From positions 39,106 through 103,105 of the forward strand of contig JANSYP010000008.1 of the NCBI GenBank assembly GCA_024742405.1: a stretch of DNA of 64,000 nucleotides, read 5' to 3'. Of the stretch, positions 36,096 through 44,635 are shown piece after piece (within the stretch, counting starts at the first letter, position 1; each line of letters opens with the position of its first letter). This stretch comes from Paracoccaceae bacterium. Lineage in GTDB: Bacteria > Pseudomonadota > Alphaproteobacteria > Rhodobacterales > Rhodobacteraceae. The notes under the pieces were generated by a model. The model did not search any database and had not been told where the DNA came from. It worked only from the letters and a program-made list of their open reading frames with translations. The translations under genes were made by a program, and so were the position numbers.

Positions 36096-36734
36096 ATGGA
36101 GTCGATCCCAAACCAAGGCGCAGGCGTCATCATCTCGGAAATCGCTGCGATGATCGTCGAGAACAAAGCCTATCTGTCCGAGATCGACGGAAAGATTGGC
36201 GACGGCGATCACGGGGCCAACATGGCCAAGGGTTTTGGCCGCGCGGCGGAACGGCTCGATCCGGACGGTACATTGAACGACGCAATGGCGCTTTTGTCCG
36301 GTGTGCTCATGTCAGAGATCGGCGGCTCTATGGGCCCGCTCTACGGGATGATGTTTTCGGACATGGCAGATGCCGTGGAAGGCGCAGAAGTGATCGATGC
36401 AGAGCGCTTTGCGCAAATGATCCGGGCCGGGCTTGATGGCGTACAGAGCATCGGCTCCGCGACCGTCGGAGACAAGACCTTGGTCGACACCTATGTTCCC
36501 GCCGTAGATACGTTCGACGCGGCGCGCGCACGGGGCGACAGTTTCGCGGAAGCGCTTTCGTCAATGCAACGCGCGGCAGAGACCGGACGGGACAGCACAA
36601 CGGATCTCGTGTCAAAGGTCGGTCGCTCTGCTCGGCTCGGAGAACGTTCCCGTGGAGTTGTGGATGCCGGCGCCACCTCCTGCTGCATGATCCTCTCGGG
36701 CTTTGCCACCGGCATTGCCGCGCGGCTTGCCTGA
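36096..36734 (+). CDS. dhaL: Dihydroxyacetone-kinase-type subunit DhaL
   Basis: In-frame ATG at 36096 after GAAGGAGGG. Motifs DGKIGDGDHGANM, GDKT, GRSARLGERSRGVVDAGA. Confidence 0.9.
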   Translation: MESIPNQGAGVIISEIAAMIVENKAYLSEIDGKIGDGDHGANMAKGFGRAAERLDPDGTLNDAMALLSGVLMSEIGGSMGPLYGMMFSDMADAVEGAEVIDAERFAQMIRAGLDGVQSIGSATVGDKTLVDTYVPAVDTFDAARARGDSFAEALSSMQRAAETGRDSTTDLVSKVGRSARLGERSRGVVDAGATSCCMILSGFATGIAARLA

Positions 36735-36777
36735 GTTGGCTTGCAAAAGCCGATCGCGCGCAGGATCCTGGACAAGT

Positions 36778-37419
36778 ATGGATGACATAGACGGCCAAAT
36801 CTTGATCGACTTCTTTCGAGCCGCGGCGACGCGTCTCGATATGGACCGCCAGAGGCTTTGCGCTCTGGACGGTGAAATCGGTGACGGAGATCATGGCACT
36901 TCGATGGCCAACGGGTTCGCTGCCGTGTCCCGCCGATTGCAGCAAATAAAGGGACAAGACCCCGCACCGGCACAGGTTATGCGCTATGCTGCCTCGGCTT
37001 TCATTGGCGAAGTCGGGGCAACTGTCGGCCCGCTCTATGCAACGGGTTTTCTCGAAGCGGCGAGGCTGTTGGAAGAACGGCGCTTGGCAACCACGGACTT
37101 AGCCGAACTCATCGATGCAATTGCGCGCGGAATTGCCCTGCGAGGAGATGCGTGTCTCGGCGACAAGACCATGCTGGATGCTTGGTTGCCTGCGGGGCAG
37201 GCAGCGCGAGATGCCGCCGATGCCGGCGCTGGAGCTGCGCAGGTCGCCCGGGCCGCGGCAGAAGCCGCCTTGCGCGGCGCCCAAGCGACAAAGGGCATGA
37301 TCGCCAGCCGTGGGAGAGCCGCGAGACTTCAAGAACGCAACCTGGGACATTTGGATCCGGGGGCTGCGTCAGCTGCCGTGATTCTGGAAGCGTTTGAAGA
37401 GACAGTGACGGAGGCTTGA
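36778..37419 (+). CDS. Second DhaL paralogue
   Basis: In-frame ATG at 36778. Motifs DGEIGDGDHGTSM, GDKTMLD, GRAARLQERNLGHLDPGA. Its stop overlaps the start of the next gene (TGATG). Confidence 0.85.
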   Translation: MDDIDGQILIDFFRAAATRLDMDRQRLCALDGEIGDGDHGTSMANGFAAVSRRLQQIKGQDPAPAQVMRYAASAFIGEVGATVGPLYATGFLEAARLLEERRLATTDLAELIDAIARGIALRGDACLGDKTMLDAWLPAGQAARDAADAGAGAAQVARAAAEAALRGAQATKGMIASRGRAARLQERNLGHLDPGAASAAVILEAFEETVTEA

Positions 37420-39476
37420 TGCCCCATCCCAAGAAGAGGACCGCAAAGGACACGCAATCGCCCAAGCCGCCGCTGCGGTTCGGAGAAGACCCGCTGCTCT
37501 GGGTCAGTTGGCTTTACTATGAAGAAGGTCTGACACAGGGTGAAATCGCCCGGATCGTCGGAGCTTCGCGTCCAACGGTAAATGCCTATCTCGCCGAAGC
37601 GCGCACCAAGGGCATTGTGAGTATCGCGATAAGCTATGAGAAACTGCGGTCCACGACGCTTTCGAGCGCACTCACCGAACGTTTTGGTCTCGACGATTGT
37701 TTGATCATCCCCGGCGAGGGAGGAGACCGGGCCTTGATCGACCGGCTCGGTTCGGCGACCGCCCAAGCCTTGCCGCGTGTTCTGCATTCGGGCGATACAA
37801 TTGCGATCACTTGGGGGCGGACGATGCTGTCCGTCGCCGACGCGGCCAAGGATCTGCATCTCCGAGACGCCACGGTCGTCCAGGCTACCGGCGGCACAAC
37901 CGCGACAATACCCTATACACCAGAAGCTTGCGCGACCCGCTTGGCCGACAGTATCGGCGCGCGTTTCGTACCGATCTCTGCCCCTGCAATCGTCTCCAGC
38001 CCGGAAGCCCGGCGGATATTGGAGCAAGAGCCGGTTGTTTCGGAACAGCTTCAAATGCTGGGCCAGGTGAACAGGATACTGTTTGGCCTTTCTTCACTTC
38101 GGCCGACTTCGACGATCCATTCCAGCGGGTTTTTCGAAGGTTCGATTCAGCAACAGGCGCAATATGGCCAAGCGATCGGGTCCTTGGCAGGACGCTTCAT
38201 TGACGGGACCGGCGCGATCATTGAGGGACCGCTTGGCGATAGAACAATCGGGATCGGTCTTGATGCGTTGCGTGCAATAGAAACCCGCATTCTGGTGTCG
38301 GGCGGCTATGACAAGGTCCCACCGATGCTGGCTGCGCTTCGCGGGAACTACGTCACCGTTCTTGTGACCGACGCGGCGACGGGCGAGGGTATCCTGCGAG
38401 CCGACGGGCTGGAGCTGGACTCTCCGCGGCCGCATCTCAAAGAAACTGCGCCGATGGTGACACCGGTTCGTGGGCGACGGAAGCAGTTTATCAATCGCAC
38501 AAAGAATGCAGTGGACGAGGCGCTTGAGGGAGCTTTGATGGCCTATCCGGGCCATATTGAAAAGATCGGCGACACGGTCCGGGCCATCCGCGCCGTTGCA
38601 CAGAAGCCCCCAGGCAAGGTCGGTATCGTGATCGGCGGCGGGGCCGGGCATGAGCCGAGCTTTCTTGGATTTGTTGGGCGTGGCCTCCCCGATGCCGTGG
38701 CCGTCGGCAACGTCTTTGCCTCGCCGCCACCGGACCGGGTTCTGGCTTGCGCGCGGGATGCCGACGACGGTGCCGGAGTGCTCTTCATCTACGGAAACTA
38801 CACCGGCGACATAATGAACTTTGACATGGCGGCGGAGCTTGCCGAGGCAAATGGTATTACGGTGCGCTCTATCCAAACAACCGACGATATCGCTTCGGTC
38901 AGCGATAATGACCGCGCCGCCGGCCGAGGTATCGCCGGCAGCATCTTTGTATTCAAAATCTCCGGCGCAGCGAGCGCGCGGCTCTACTCACTAGACGAAT
39001 GCGAAAGGATCGCACGCAAGGCCAATGCATCTTGCTACACGATCGGAGTGGCGCTCGAACCGGGCTCGAGCCCCGAGACACAGCGCCCGAGCTTCCAGCT
39101 AGGCGAGGCGGATATGGAGTTCGGCGTTGGCGTTCATGGAGAGCCCGGCGCGCTGCGTCAGCCCATGACCAGCGCCGACCGTATCGTCGATCAGATATGC
39201 GACCGGCTGTTTGAGGAAATGGCGCTGAATGAGGGCGATCGCATCGCGGTGCTGGTCAACTCCTTCGGAGGTACCCCGATGATGGAACTTTTCATACTGA
39301 ATCGGCGGCTCAACCAGCGGCTGGCCAAGCGTAACATTACTGTGCACAAGTCCCTTGTCGGGAATTTTTTCACATCCCTAGATATGGTCGGCGCCTCGGT
39401 TACGCTTCTAAAGCTCGACGAAGAATTGACTGGTCTGTTGGATGATAGTTGCGAAGGTTTCGCCTACTCTCAGTGA
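37419..39476 (+). CDS. Fusion protein: SorC-family sugar-binding transcriptional regulator (N) + DhaK domain (C)
   Basis: ORF track 37416..39476. N-terminal HTH LTQGEIARIVGASRPTVNAYLAEARTKGIV plus a SorC effector-domain-like ~300 aa. The second half carries GGGAGHEPSF, YTGDIMNF and MEFGVGVHGEPG, i.e. a complete DhaK. Confidence 0.88.
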   Translation: MPHPKKRTAKDTQSPKPPLRFGEDPLLWVSWLYYEEGLTQGEIARIVGASRPTVNAYLAEARTKGIVSIAISYEKLRSTTLSSALTERFGLDDCLIIPGEGGDRALIDRLGSATAQALPRVLHSGDTIAITWGRTMLSVADAAKDLHLRDATVVQATGGTTATIPYTPEACATRLADSIGARFVPISAPAIVSSPEARRILEQEPVVSEQLQMLGQVNRILFGLSSLRPTSTIHSSGFFEGSIQQQAQYGQAIGSLAGRFIDGTGAIIEGPLGDRTIGIGLDALRAIETRILVSGGYDKVPPMLAALRGNYVTVLVTDAATGEGILRADGLELDSPRPHLKETAPMVTPVRGRRKQFINRTKNAVDEALEGALMAYPGHIEKIGDTVRAIRAVAQKPPGKVGIVIGGGAGHEPSFLGFVGRGLPDAVAVGNVFASPPPDRVLACARDADDGAGVLFIYGNYTGDIMNFDMAAELAEANGITVRSIQTTDDIASVSDNDRAAGRGIAGSIFVFKISGAASARLYSLDECERIARKANASCYTIGVALEPGSSPETQRPSFQLGEADMEFGVGVHGEPGALRQPMTSADRIVDQICDRLFEEMALNEGDRIAVLVNSFGGTPMMELFILNRRLNQRLAKRNITVHKSLVGNFFTSLDMVGASVTLLKLDEELTGLLDDSCEGFAYSQ

Positions 39477-39499
39477 TGAACATCGCGACGAACGCCGGT

Positions 39500-40490
39500 T
39501 CTATCCCTAGGGTGAGGACTTCGGCACCCGGGCCGTCTCGGTCAACGCTGGGTCATACCGTTCGGCTCACGCCTCTGAGTGTGTCGAGCGGCGTCGTTTC
39601 CTATCGATCTGGTTTGACCTTGAGACGGGTCGGGAAGCGCTGCTTTGTGGCAAGAGGGGACGTCAGCAAGCTTACAGAGACGCGGCGGTCCAAACGTGCC
39701 TGACCATCAAGGGGCTGTTCTCTGTACGCCTTCGCCAAACGACAGGCTTTGTCGCAAGCCATCTGGGGCTGGCTGGCCTGGAATGGGCGGTTCCGGACTT
39801 CGGTACGCTGCGTCGACGGCAGAGAGCATTGCCCGTTGCCGTTCCATATCGAGGTTCAGCAGGGCCGGTGCGCCTCCTGATCCCTATCCGGCGGAAAGGC
39901 CGCCTAGCACGCAGCGGATAGCACCGGGATCAACGCGGAGGGTGGGGGCGCGTGGAACACACGTACGGATGGTCGCCCCAGGCGTCGCCCATGGCGCAAG
40001 ATGTAAATCGTAGTCGATACGGAAACACGGGACATACGAGCGGTAGAAATGACGAGCGGCGGCATCGGTGACGCTCTGATGTGACCGGACCTTCTCAGTC
40101 AGACCCGGCTAGACCAGGAGAGTGCCAGCGTTACGGCAGATGGCGCTTGTGATGCATGCAAATGCCACAATGCGATTGCTGGCCGGCAGGCTCATGCCGT
40201 CATTCCCCCGCGCGAGACCGCCAAGTTGTGGAAGCCGGACACGCCCGGCACCAGGGCACAAAACGACACCGTCCGGTCGTAAAGACATCTGGGACGTGCC
40301 CTGTGGCGTCAGCCCCGCGGAGACCACGGCCGACGCCGTGTCGAACCAAAGGTGCATTCAGTGCTTGCTACCCGGTCAGCGCCTCTCTGTGCGAGACCTT
40401 GATCGGCAGGTCGCGGAGGTACAAATCTGCGCCGCGATGCTCAGTGGATTCACGGTTCTCGGCATACCCCATACAGAGGTCGTGCGATAA
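39500..40490 (+). mobile_element. IS5-family transposase pseudogene (several frameshifts and stops)
   Basis: Fragments lie in different frames: IWFDLETG, AVQTCLTIKGLFSVRLRQTTGFVASHLGLAGLEWAVPDFGTLRRRQRAL, PVRLLI, ...DLDRQVAEVQICAAMLSGFTVLGIPHTEVV. This is the characteristic IS5-group order. Confidence 0.7.
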
Positions 40491-40601
40491 GCCCGTGCGC
40501 GGCAAGGCGCAGTCCGACCTCAGAGCGATGTGTGCAACAAGGCCGGTCCTGAGCCTAAAGCTCCGGACAATCACAGAAAAAATTTTAAATTGTTTTTTTG
40601 G

Positions 40602-40627
40602 GGAACGGAATGCGGCAAGCACGCGTT
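40602..40627 (+). promoter_or_regulatory. EcfG-type (general stress) promoter GGAAC-N17-CGTT
   Basis: GGAAC at 40602-40606 and CGTT at 40624-40627, preceded by an AT-rich tract. Lies 35 nt upstream of the ATG at 40662. Confidence 0.55.
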
Positions 40628-40661
40628 GTCGGGGCAGATTGGTTCTTTGGAGTTACCCATT

Positions 40662-41057
40662 ATGACTGATGAGGAATTCGACACCAAAAGATACCTGGAC
40701 GAGTCTGGAAATGACGACGGATTATCCAGTGCGCGTATGATCGGAAGCTTGGTATTGACAGTAATGCTCTACCCGGTCTTCGCGGTCTGGTTATTCTTCC
40801 AGGGTTTCACCATTCTTCAGATCTTTTTCATCGTTTGGCTGGTCGGTTCATTCTTTTTCGTTGGCCTGTTGATCGTCTCCGATCTGGTTTCCGACTGGAT
40901 AAAGCGACCTACCAGAAAAAATTTGAAGCGCTACAAAGATTTGCGTGGAATCTCTGCCTTGGTTCAACCCGCTGCCGCCTTGGAAAGCTTGCCGATCGCA
41001 AACGCGCGGAAACGACCACCGAGAAACCGATACCGCGCAAGACTGAGATCTTCCTAG
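40662..41057 (+). CDS. Small membrane protein, unknown function (visibly AT-richer codons)
   Basis: In-frame ATG at 40662 within track ORF 40530..41057. Two to three TM segments (LVLTVMLYPVFAVWLFF, ILQIFFIVWLVGSFFFVGLLIV) and a basic tail. Confidence 0.55.
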   Translation: MTDEEFDTKRYLDESGNDDGLSSARMIGSLVLTVMLYPVFAVWLFFQGFTILQIFFIVWLVGSFFFVGLLIVSDLVSDWIKRPTRKNLKRYKDLRGISALVQPAAALESLPIANARKRPPRNRYRARLRSS

Positions 41058-41162
41058 CGGATCAGAATTCGACGCCCTTGCCCGTGGGTGCATTACACGG
41101 GTCCCACAGACGCGCTGATCGCCCGTTCAGGTAAGCTGGACGATGGAACTGAGTTCAATCGG

Positions 41163-41936
41163 ATGGAGTATTCTGTGCCCAATCATTCGAGAGATAATAG
41201 CAGAACAGCAGCCTTCGCAGCGGGTTTGGTTTCGCTCGCGTTGGCAGGTCTGGCGTTTCCGGCATTTTCCGACGCTCCGAGCGGGCGAGCGTTGCTGCCC
41301 GAAGCCGAACAGGATGAATGGTTGGCGATCGGCCGGTTGAATGTGGCGCCGGCCCAAGGTCACTGTACTGCCACCCTTATCGCGCCGGATGTGGTGCTGA
41401 CGGCAGCGCATTGTGTCACCAATCCTCTGAACAATCGCCCCTATGCGGTTGGAAAGCTGCATTTTTTGGCCGGGTTCAGACAGAGCGCATTTGCCCATCA
41501 TGGCCGTGTTGTGAAGGTGGAAATCGCCGAAGGCTTTCTTCAAGGCGGGCAGGCTATGCAACGGGATCTCGCGCTTGTGCACTTGGACGCACCCGTTGCG
41601 GAGCATATCGCGCCAATCCCGCTCGCCCCACCGTCGACGCTCGTTGGGTTCTCCCAGGTCGACGTCTTCAGCTATGGCCGCGACCACGCATTCATCGTTT
41701 CGGTCCAGCGTGATTGCGACATTCTTTCCCGCCACAGCACAGTGTTGAAAACCAACTGCGAAGCGGTACCCGGCGTCTCCGGCGCTCCGCTTATCCTGGA
41801 GGGAGCAAGCGGTCCTAGCTTGGCCGGTTTGATCGTTGGTGCAAACAGCTCGGATATGCCTTTGAACCCCGGACCCGGCGCGGCGGCCGTAATCGTCGAC
41901 CCGATAGCGTTCGATGCCCTCCTAGGCGATCTCTAG
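41163..41936 (+). CDS. Secreted trypsin-like (S1) serine peptidase
   Basis: In-frame ATG at 41163. Leader AAFAAGLVSLALAGLAFPAFS. Catalytic triad context TAAHCV, RDLALVHL, GVSGAPL. Confidence 0.8.
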   Translation: MEYSVPNHSRDNSRTAAFAAGLVSLALAGLAFPAFSDAPSGRALLPEAEQDEWLAIGRLNVAPAQGHCTATLIAPDVVLTAAHCVTNPLNNRPYAVGKLHFLAGFRQSAFAHHGRVVKVEIAEGFLQGGQAMQRDLALVHLDAPVAEHIAPIPLAPPSTLVGFSQVDVFSYGRDHAFIVSVQRDCDILSRHSTVLKTNCEAVPGVSGAPLILEGASGPSLAGLIVGANSSDMPLNPGPGAAAVIVDPIAFDALLGDL

Positions 41937-42088
41937 CGGCATTGATTGCCACACGGCGTGGGATAAGCTCGCAACTCGGCCGGGAGAGTTCCGGAGACCC
42001 GCGCCGAGCACCCGCCCCACCGCCGATGCCACGGCATGGAGCGGCATCGGGGCCGGGTCCTGCACATGCAGTGCGACTGGTGCCGAAC

Positions 42089-43834
42089 TCAGGGCGATGC
42101 CGCGGCGGTCCCGTTGTCGTCGTCACCGGGATCAAAGCCGGCTCGGGTAAAACGAACGCGGACCGTATAGCTGTTTTCGTCGACATCGAACTCGATCCTC
42201 CCATTGAGCTGCGTCGCGAACGCTCTCATCAGGTTGGTGCCGAGTCCCGTGCCGCCGAGATGAGCGTCGCCGCTGACGGTCAGGCCCGCTGCAGGCGCGA
42301 TACCGTTTGCAATCTCGACGGAGATCTCGCCGGTCTCCGCGACCTTCAAAACCAGGCGCAGCCATTTCTCGGAATCGGCATGCCCCATGTATTTCAGCGC
42401 GTTGGTCGTCGCTTCGGCCACGAGAAGGCTGAGCGGCACCGCTTGGTCGGGATAGAGCGTCACGTCTTCAAGCTGACTGTCGAAGGCGATCGATCCGTCG
42501 GCGCCTTGGCCCAAAGACAGGATCTGATCGGTGATCTCGGTGAGCATCAGCGCGGCGTGCACCTTGCTGAGATTTTCGGTCCGATACAGGTTCCGGTGAA
42601 TCGTCGCGAGCCCCAGCACCCGGTCCTGCAGCCGCTGCACCACGGCCTTGGCCTCGGACGACTTCACCTCCCGCATCTGCATGTTCATGATCGAGATGGT
42701 GAGTTGGAGGTTGTTTGTGACCCTGTGGTGGACTTCTCTCAGCAGGACGCTCTTGTCGTGCAGCAACTGCTCCAGCGCCGCCTCATCACGCAAGACCTTG
42801 TGGACCATCCCTTCAAAGGAATGGTGAATATCGGTGATCACCGCCGACGCATTGCTGCTTTCCAGGCCATCCGGAACGGTTCTGCTATCTGCAAAGGCCC
42901 GCATCTGCCGACGCAACCGGCGGATATGGCGCGTGACCAGACGGTGAATGGCAACGAACGCGACGCCCAAGCTCGCCAGCCACATGATCACCGGAAAGAA
43001 CTGTGGCGGGATAGCGAGCACACCGCCCGCGGCGATCGAGGTTCGCTGCCACGTTCCGAGCGCATAGACCGTATCGTCGAATATCGGCACCACGGCGAAG
43101 CTGCGCATGTCGCCTGACGCGCGCCGTTCGCGGAATGTCGTCGTTTCGCTGCCCACAAGGCTTGCCAGACTGCGCGTTTGCGGCAGCACGTCGACCGAAG
43201 TCTCGTCATCTTGTCCGCTGCCCGTGAGGAACTGGCCGTTGGCTGTAAAGGCTATGACCGTGAAGTCCTCCTGCGACGGCTCCGCGCTCTGGAAATCGAA
43301 GAGTTCGAGCGGCACCGACACAAAGACGAAGCCGGCAAAGCGCGCTTCGCGGTAAACTGGCTGCATGATCACGATCACCGGACGGCGGCTGATTGGCGCG
43401 TTGGCGCTCACTTCGACGAAAGCACGGGGATCTGCAACGGCGGCGCGCCATTCCGGTAAGTCCTTGAAGTCGTAGCGGATCCCGTTGGAGGTGCACAGAG
43501 TATGGCCATCCTTTCTGATCACTCCGACAGTGATTGCAGTGTCTTGGGTCTCAACGAAGGACGCCAGACGCTGTTCGCACTGAACGCTCTCCTCCCAGGT
43601 GTCGGTTGCCAAAGGTATCAACCCGACGGACATCCCGAAGGCGCGCTGGATGATCTCGCGTTCCGCCAGGGCGGCCTCTTGGGTCAGGCCCACTAGCAAG
43701 TCGTTTGCGCGCTCATCAGCCTTTTGAACGATACTGGCGGTTTGCATCCCAGCCAGCAAACCGACCGGGATCAGCGCCAAAGACAAAAACAGAACAAGGC
43801 GCACCGCGAGGCTGCGGCGCAGTTTTGAAAGCAT
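42089..43834 (-). CDS. HWE/HisKA_2 sensor histidine kinase with a large periplasmic domain, co-oriented with ecfG-nepR
   Basis: ATG at 43834, 5 nt after the ecfG stop, within track ORF 42089..43993. TM1, about 270-aa loop, TM2, then LLREVHHRVTNNLQLTISIMNMQ (HisKA_2 H-box) and an ATPase domain. Confidence 0.88.
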   Translation of the reverse strand: MLSKLRRSLAVRLVLFLSLALIPVGLLAGMQTASIVQKADERANDLLVGLTQEAALAEREIIQRAFGMSVGLIPLATDTWEESVQCEQRLASFVETQDTAITVGVIRKDGHTLCTSNGIRYDFKDLPEWRAAVADPRAFVEVSANAPISRRPVIVIMQPVYREARFAGFVFVSVPLELFDFQSAEPSQEDFTVIAFTANGQFLTGSGQDDETSVDVLPQTRSLASLVGSETTTFRERRASGDMRSFAVVPIFDDTVYALGTWQRTSIAAGGVLAIPPQFFPVIMWLASLGVAFVAIHRLVTRHIRRLRRQMRAFADSRTVPDGLESSNASAVITDIHHSFEGMVHKVLRDEAALEQLLHDKSVLLREVHHRVTNNLQLTISIMNMQMREVKSSEAKAVVQRLQDRVLGLATIHRNLYRTENLSKVHAALMLTEITDQILSLGQGADGSIAFDSQLEDVTLYPDQAVPLSLLVAEATTNALKYMGHADSEKWLRLVLKVAETGEISVEIANGIAPAAGLTVSGDAHLGGTGLGTNLMRAFATQLNGRIEFDVDENSYTVRVRFTRAGFDPGDDDNGTAAASP

Positions 43835-43839
43835 CTCGT

Positions 43840-44397
43840 TCAAGCTGCGGCGATTTTGGTCGCGGACATCATGGCCAGGGTGGTCCGGTCCATCATCTCG
43901 AGACTGTCTTCGGTCTTCAACCCAAGGAAGTCTTTCAAACGTGCACGCCCGCGGTTCACGCGGCTCTTTATCGTGCCCGCTGCAACGCCGCACATTTCGG
44001 CCGCTTCCTCGTAGGAAAACCCCGATGCGCCTACCAGTACCAGCGCTTCGCGCTGTTCGTCAGTCAGCTTGGCAAAGGCCACCGCGAAGTCCCGCATCGC
44101 AAGACGCCCGTCATGCGCGGGCCGCTCCGACAGGGCGGCGGTCAGCGCACCGTCCACATCTTCGATCTCGCGCGCTGATTTGCGGCGCTCCGAATAGAAG
44201 GTGTTGCGCAGGATGGTGAAGAGCCAGGCCCGCATTTCGGTGCCCGGTTGAAACTGTTCGATATTCGCCCAGGCTTTCAGCAGCGCTTCCTGTACCAGGT
44301 CATCAGCGCGCTCGGGATTGCGTGCCAGACTGTGGGCAAAGGCGCGCATCTCCGGAAGGTATTCTACGATCTGCTCGCGCGGGTCCGCAGAGCTCAC
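43840..44397 (-). CDS. ecfG: ECF sigma factor, EcfG family
   Basis: ORF track, 185 aa (GTG start). Sigma-70 regions 2 and 4 (DLVQEALLKAW, FSYEEAAEMCGVAAGTIKSRVNRGR). GTGA overlap with nepR. Confidence 0.9.
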   Translation of the reverse strand: MSSADPREQIVEYLPEMRAFAHSLARNPERADDLVQEALLKAWANIEQFQPGTEMRAWLFTILRNTFYSERRKSAREIEDVDGALTAALSERPAHDGRLAMRDFAVAFAKLTDEQREALVLVGASGFSYEEAAEMCGVAAGTIKSRVNRGRARLKDFLGLKTEDSLEMMDRTTLAMMSATKIAAA

Positions 44398-44543
44398 TCG
44401 CCCTGTTCCTTCTTTCGCAAACGCTCAAGTAGTTCGGCAAAGCGGTCCGGCACGTCCTCATCGAGCGTCTCCTTGTAGAGATCGCAAATTTTTTTATCGA
44501 TTTCGCGATCAATTGGTGTGTCTCTAGACTTTTTGTCAGCCAT
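44394..44543 (-). CDS. nepR: NepR anti-sigma factor (49 aa)
   Basis: Below the track cut-off. Translation MADKKSRDTPIDREIDKKICDLYKETLDEDVPDRFAELLERLRKKEQGE. Has the position and the ...VPDRF..LL..L motif typical of NepR. Confidence 0.8.
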   Translation of the reverse strand: MADKKSRDTPIDREIDKKICDLYKETLDEDVPDRFAELLERLRKKEQGE

Positions 44544-44583
44544 TCCGGCCTCATCATACATCGTTGCCTCCGCGAACTGGTCG

Positions 44584-44615
44584 GGAACCTAACGCACTTC
44601 AACGCGTTTGGTTCC
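44584..44615. promoter_or_regulatory. Two overlapping divergent EcfG-type promoters (GGAAC-N16-CGTT on each strand)
   Basis: Plus strand: GGAAC 44584-44588, CGTT 44605-44608 (toward phyR). Minus strand: GGAAC = complement of 44611-44615, CGTT = complement of 44591-44594 (toward nepR-ecfG). Confidence 0.7.
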
Positions 44616-44635
44616 TGAAGTCTAAAAATAAAGAG

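Noticed and set aside
41942-43117. 391-aa plus-strand ORF
   Set aside because: It is antisense to the HWE histidine kinase, which has clear H-box and ATPase motifs.
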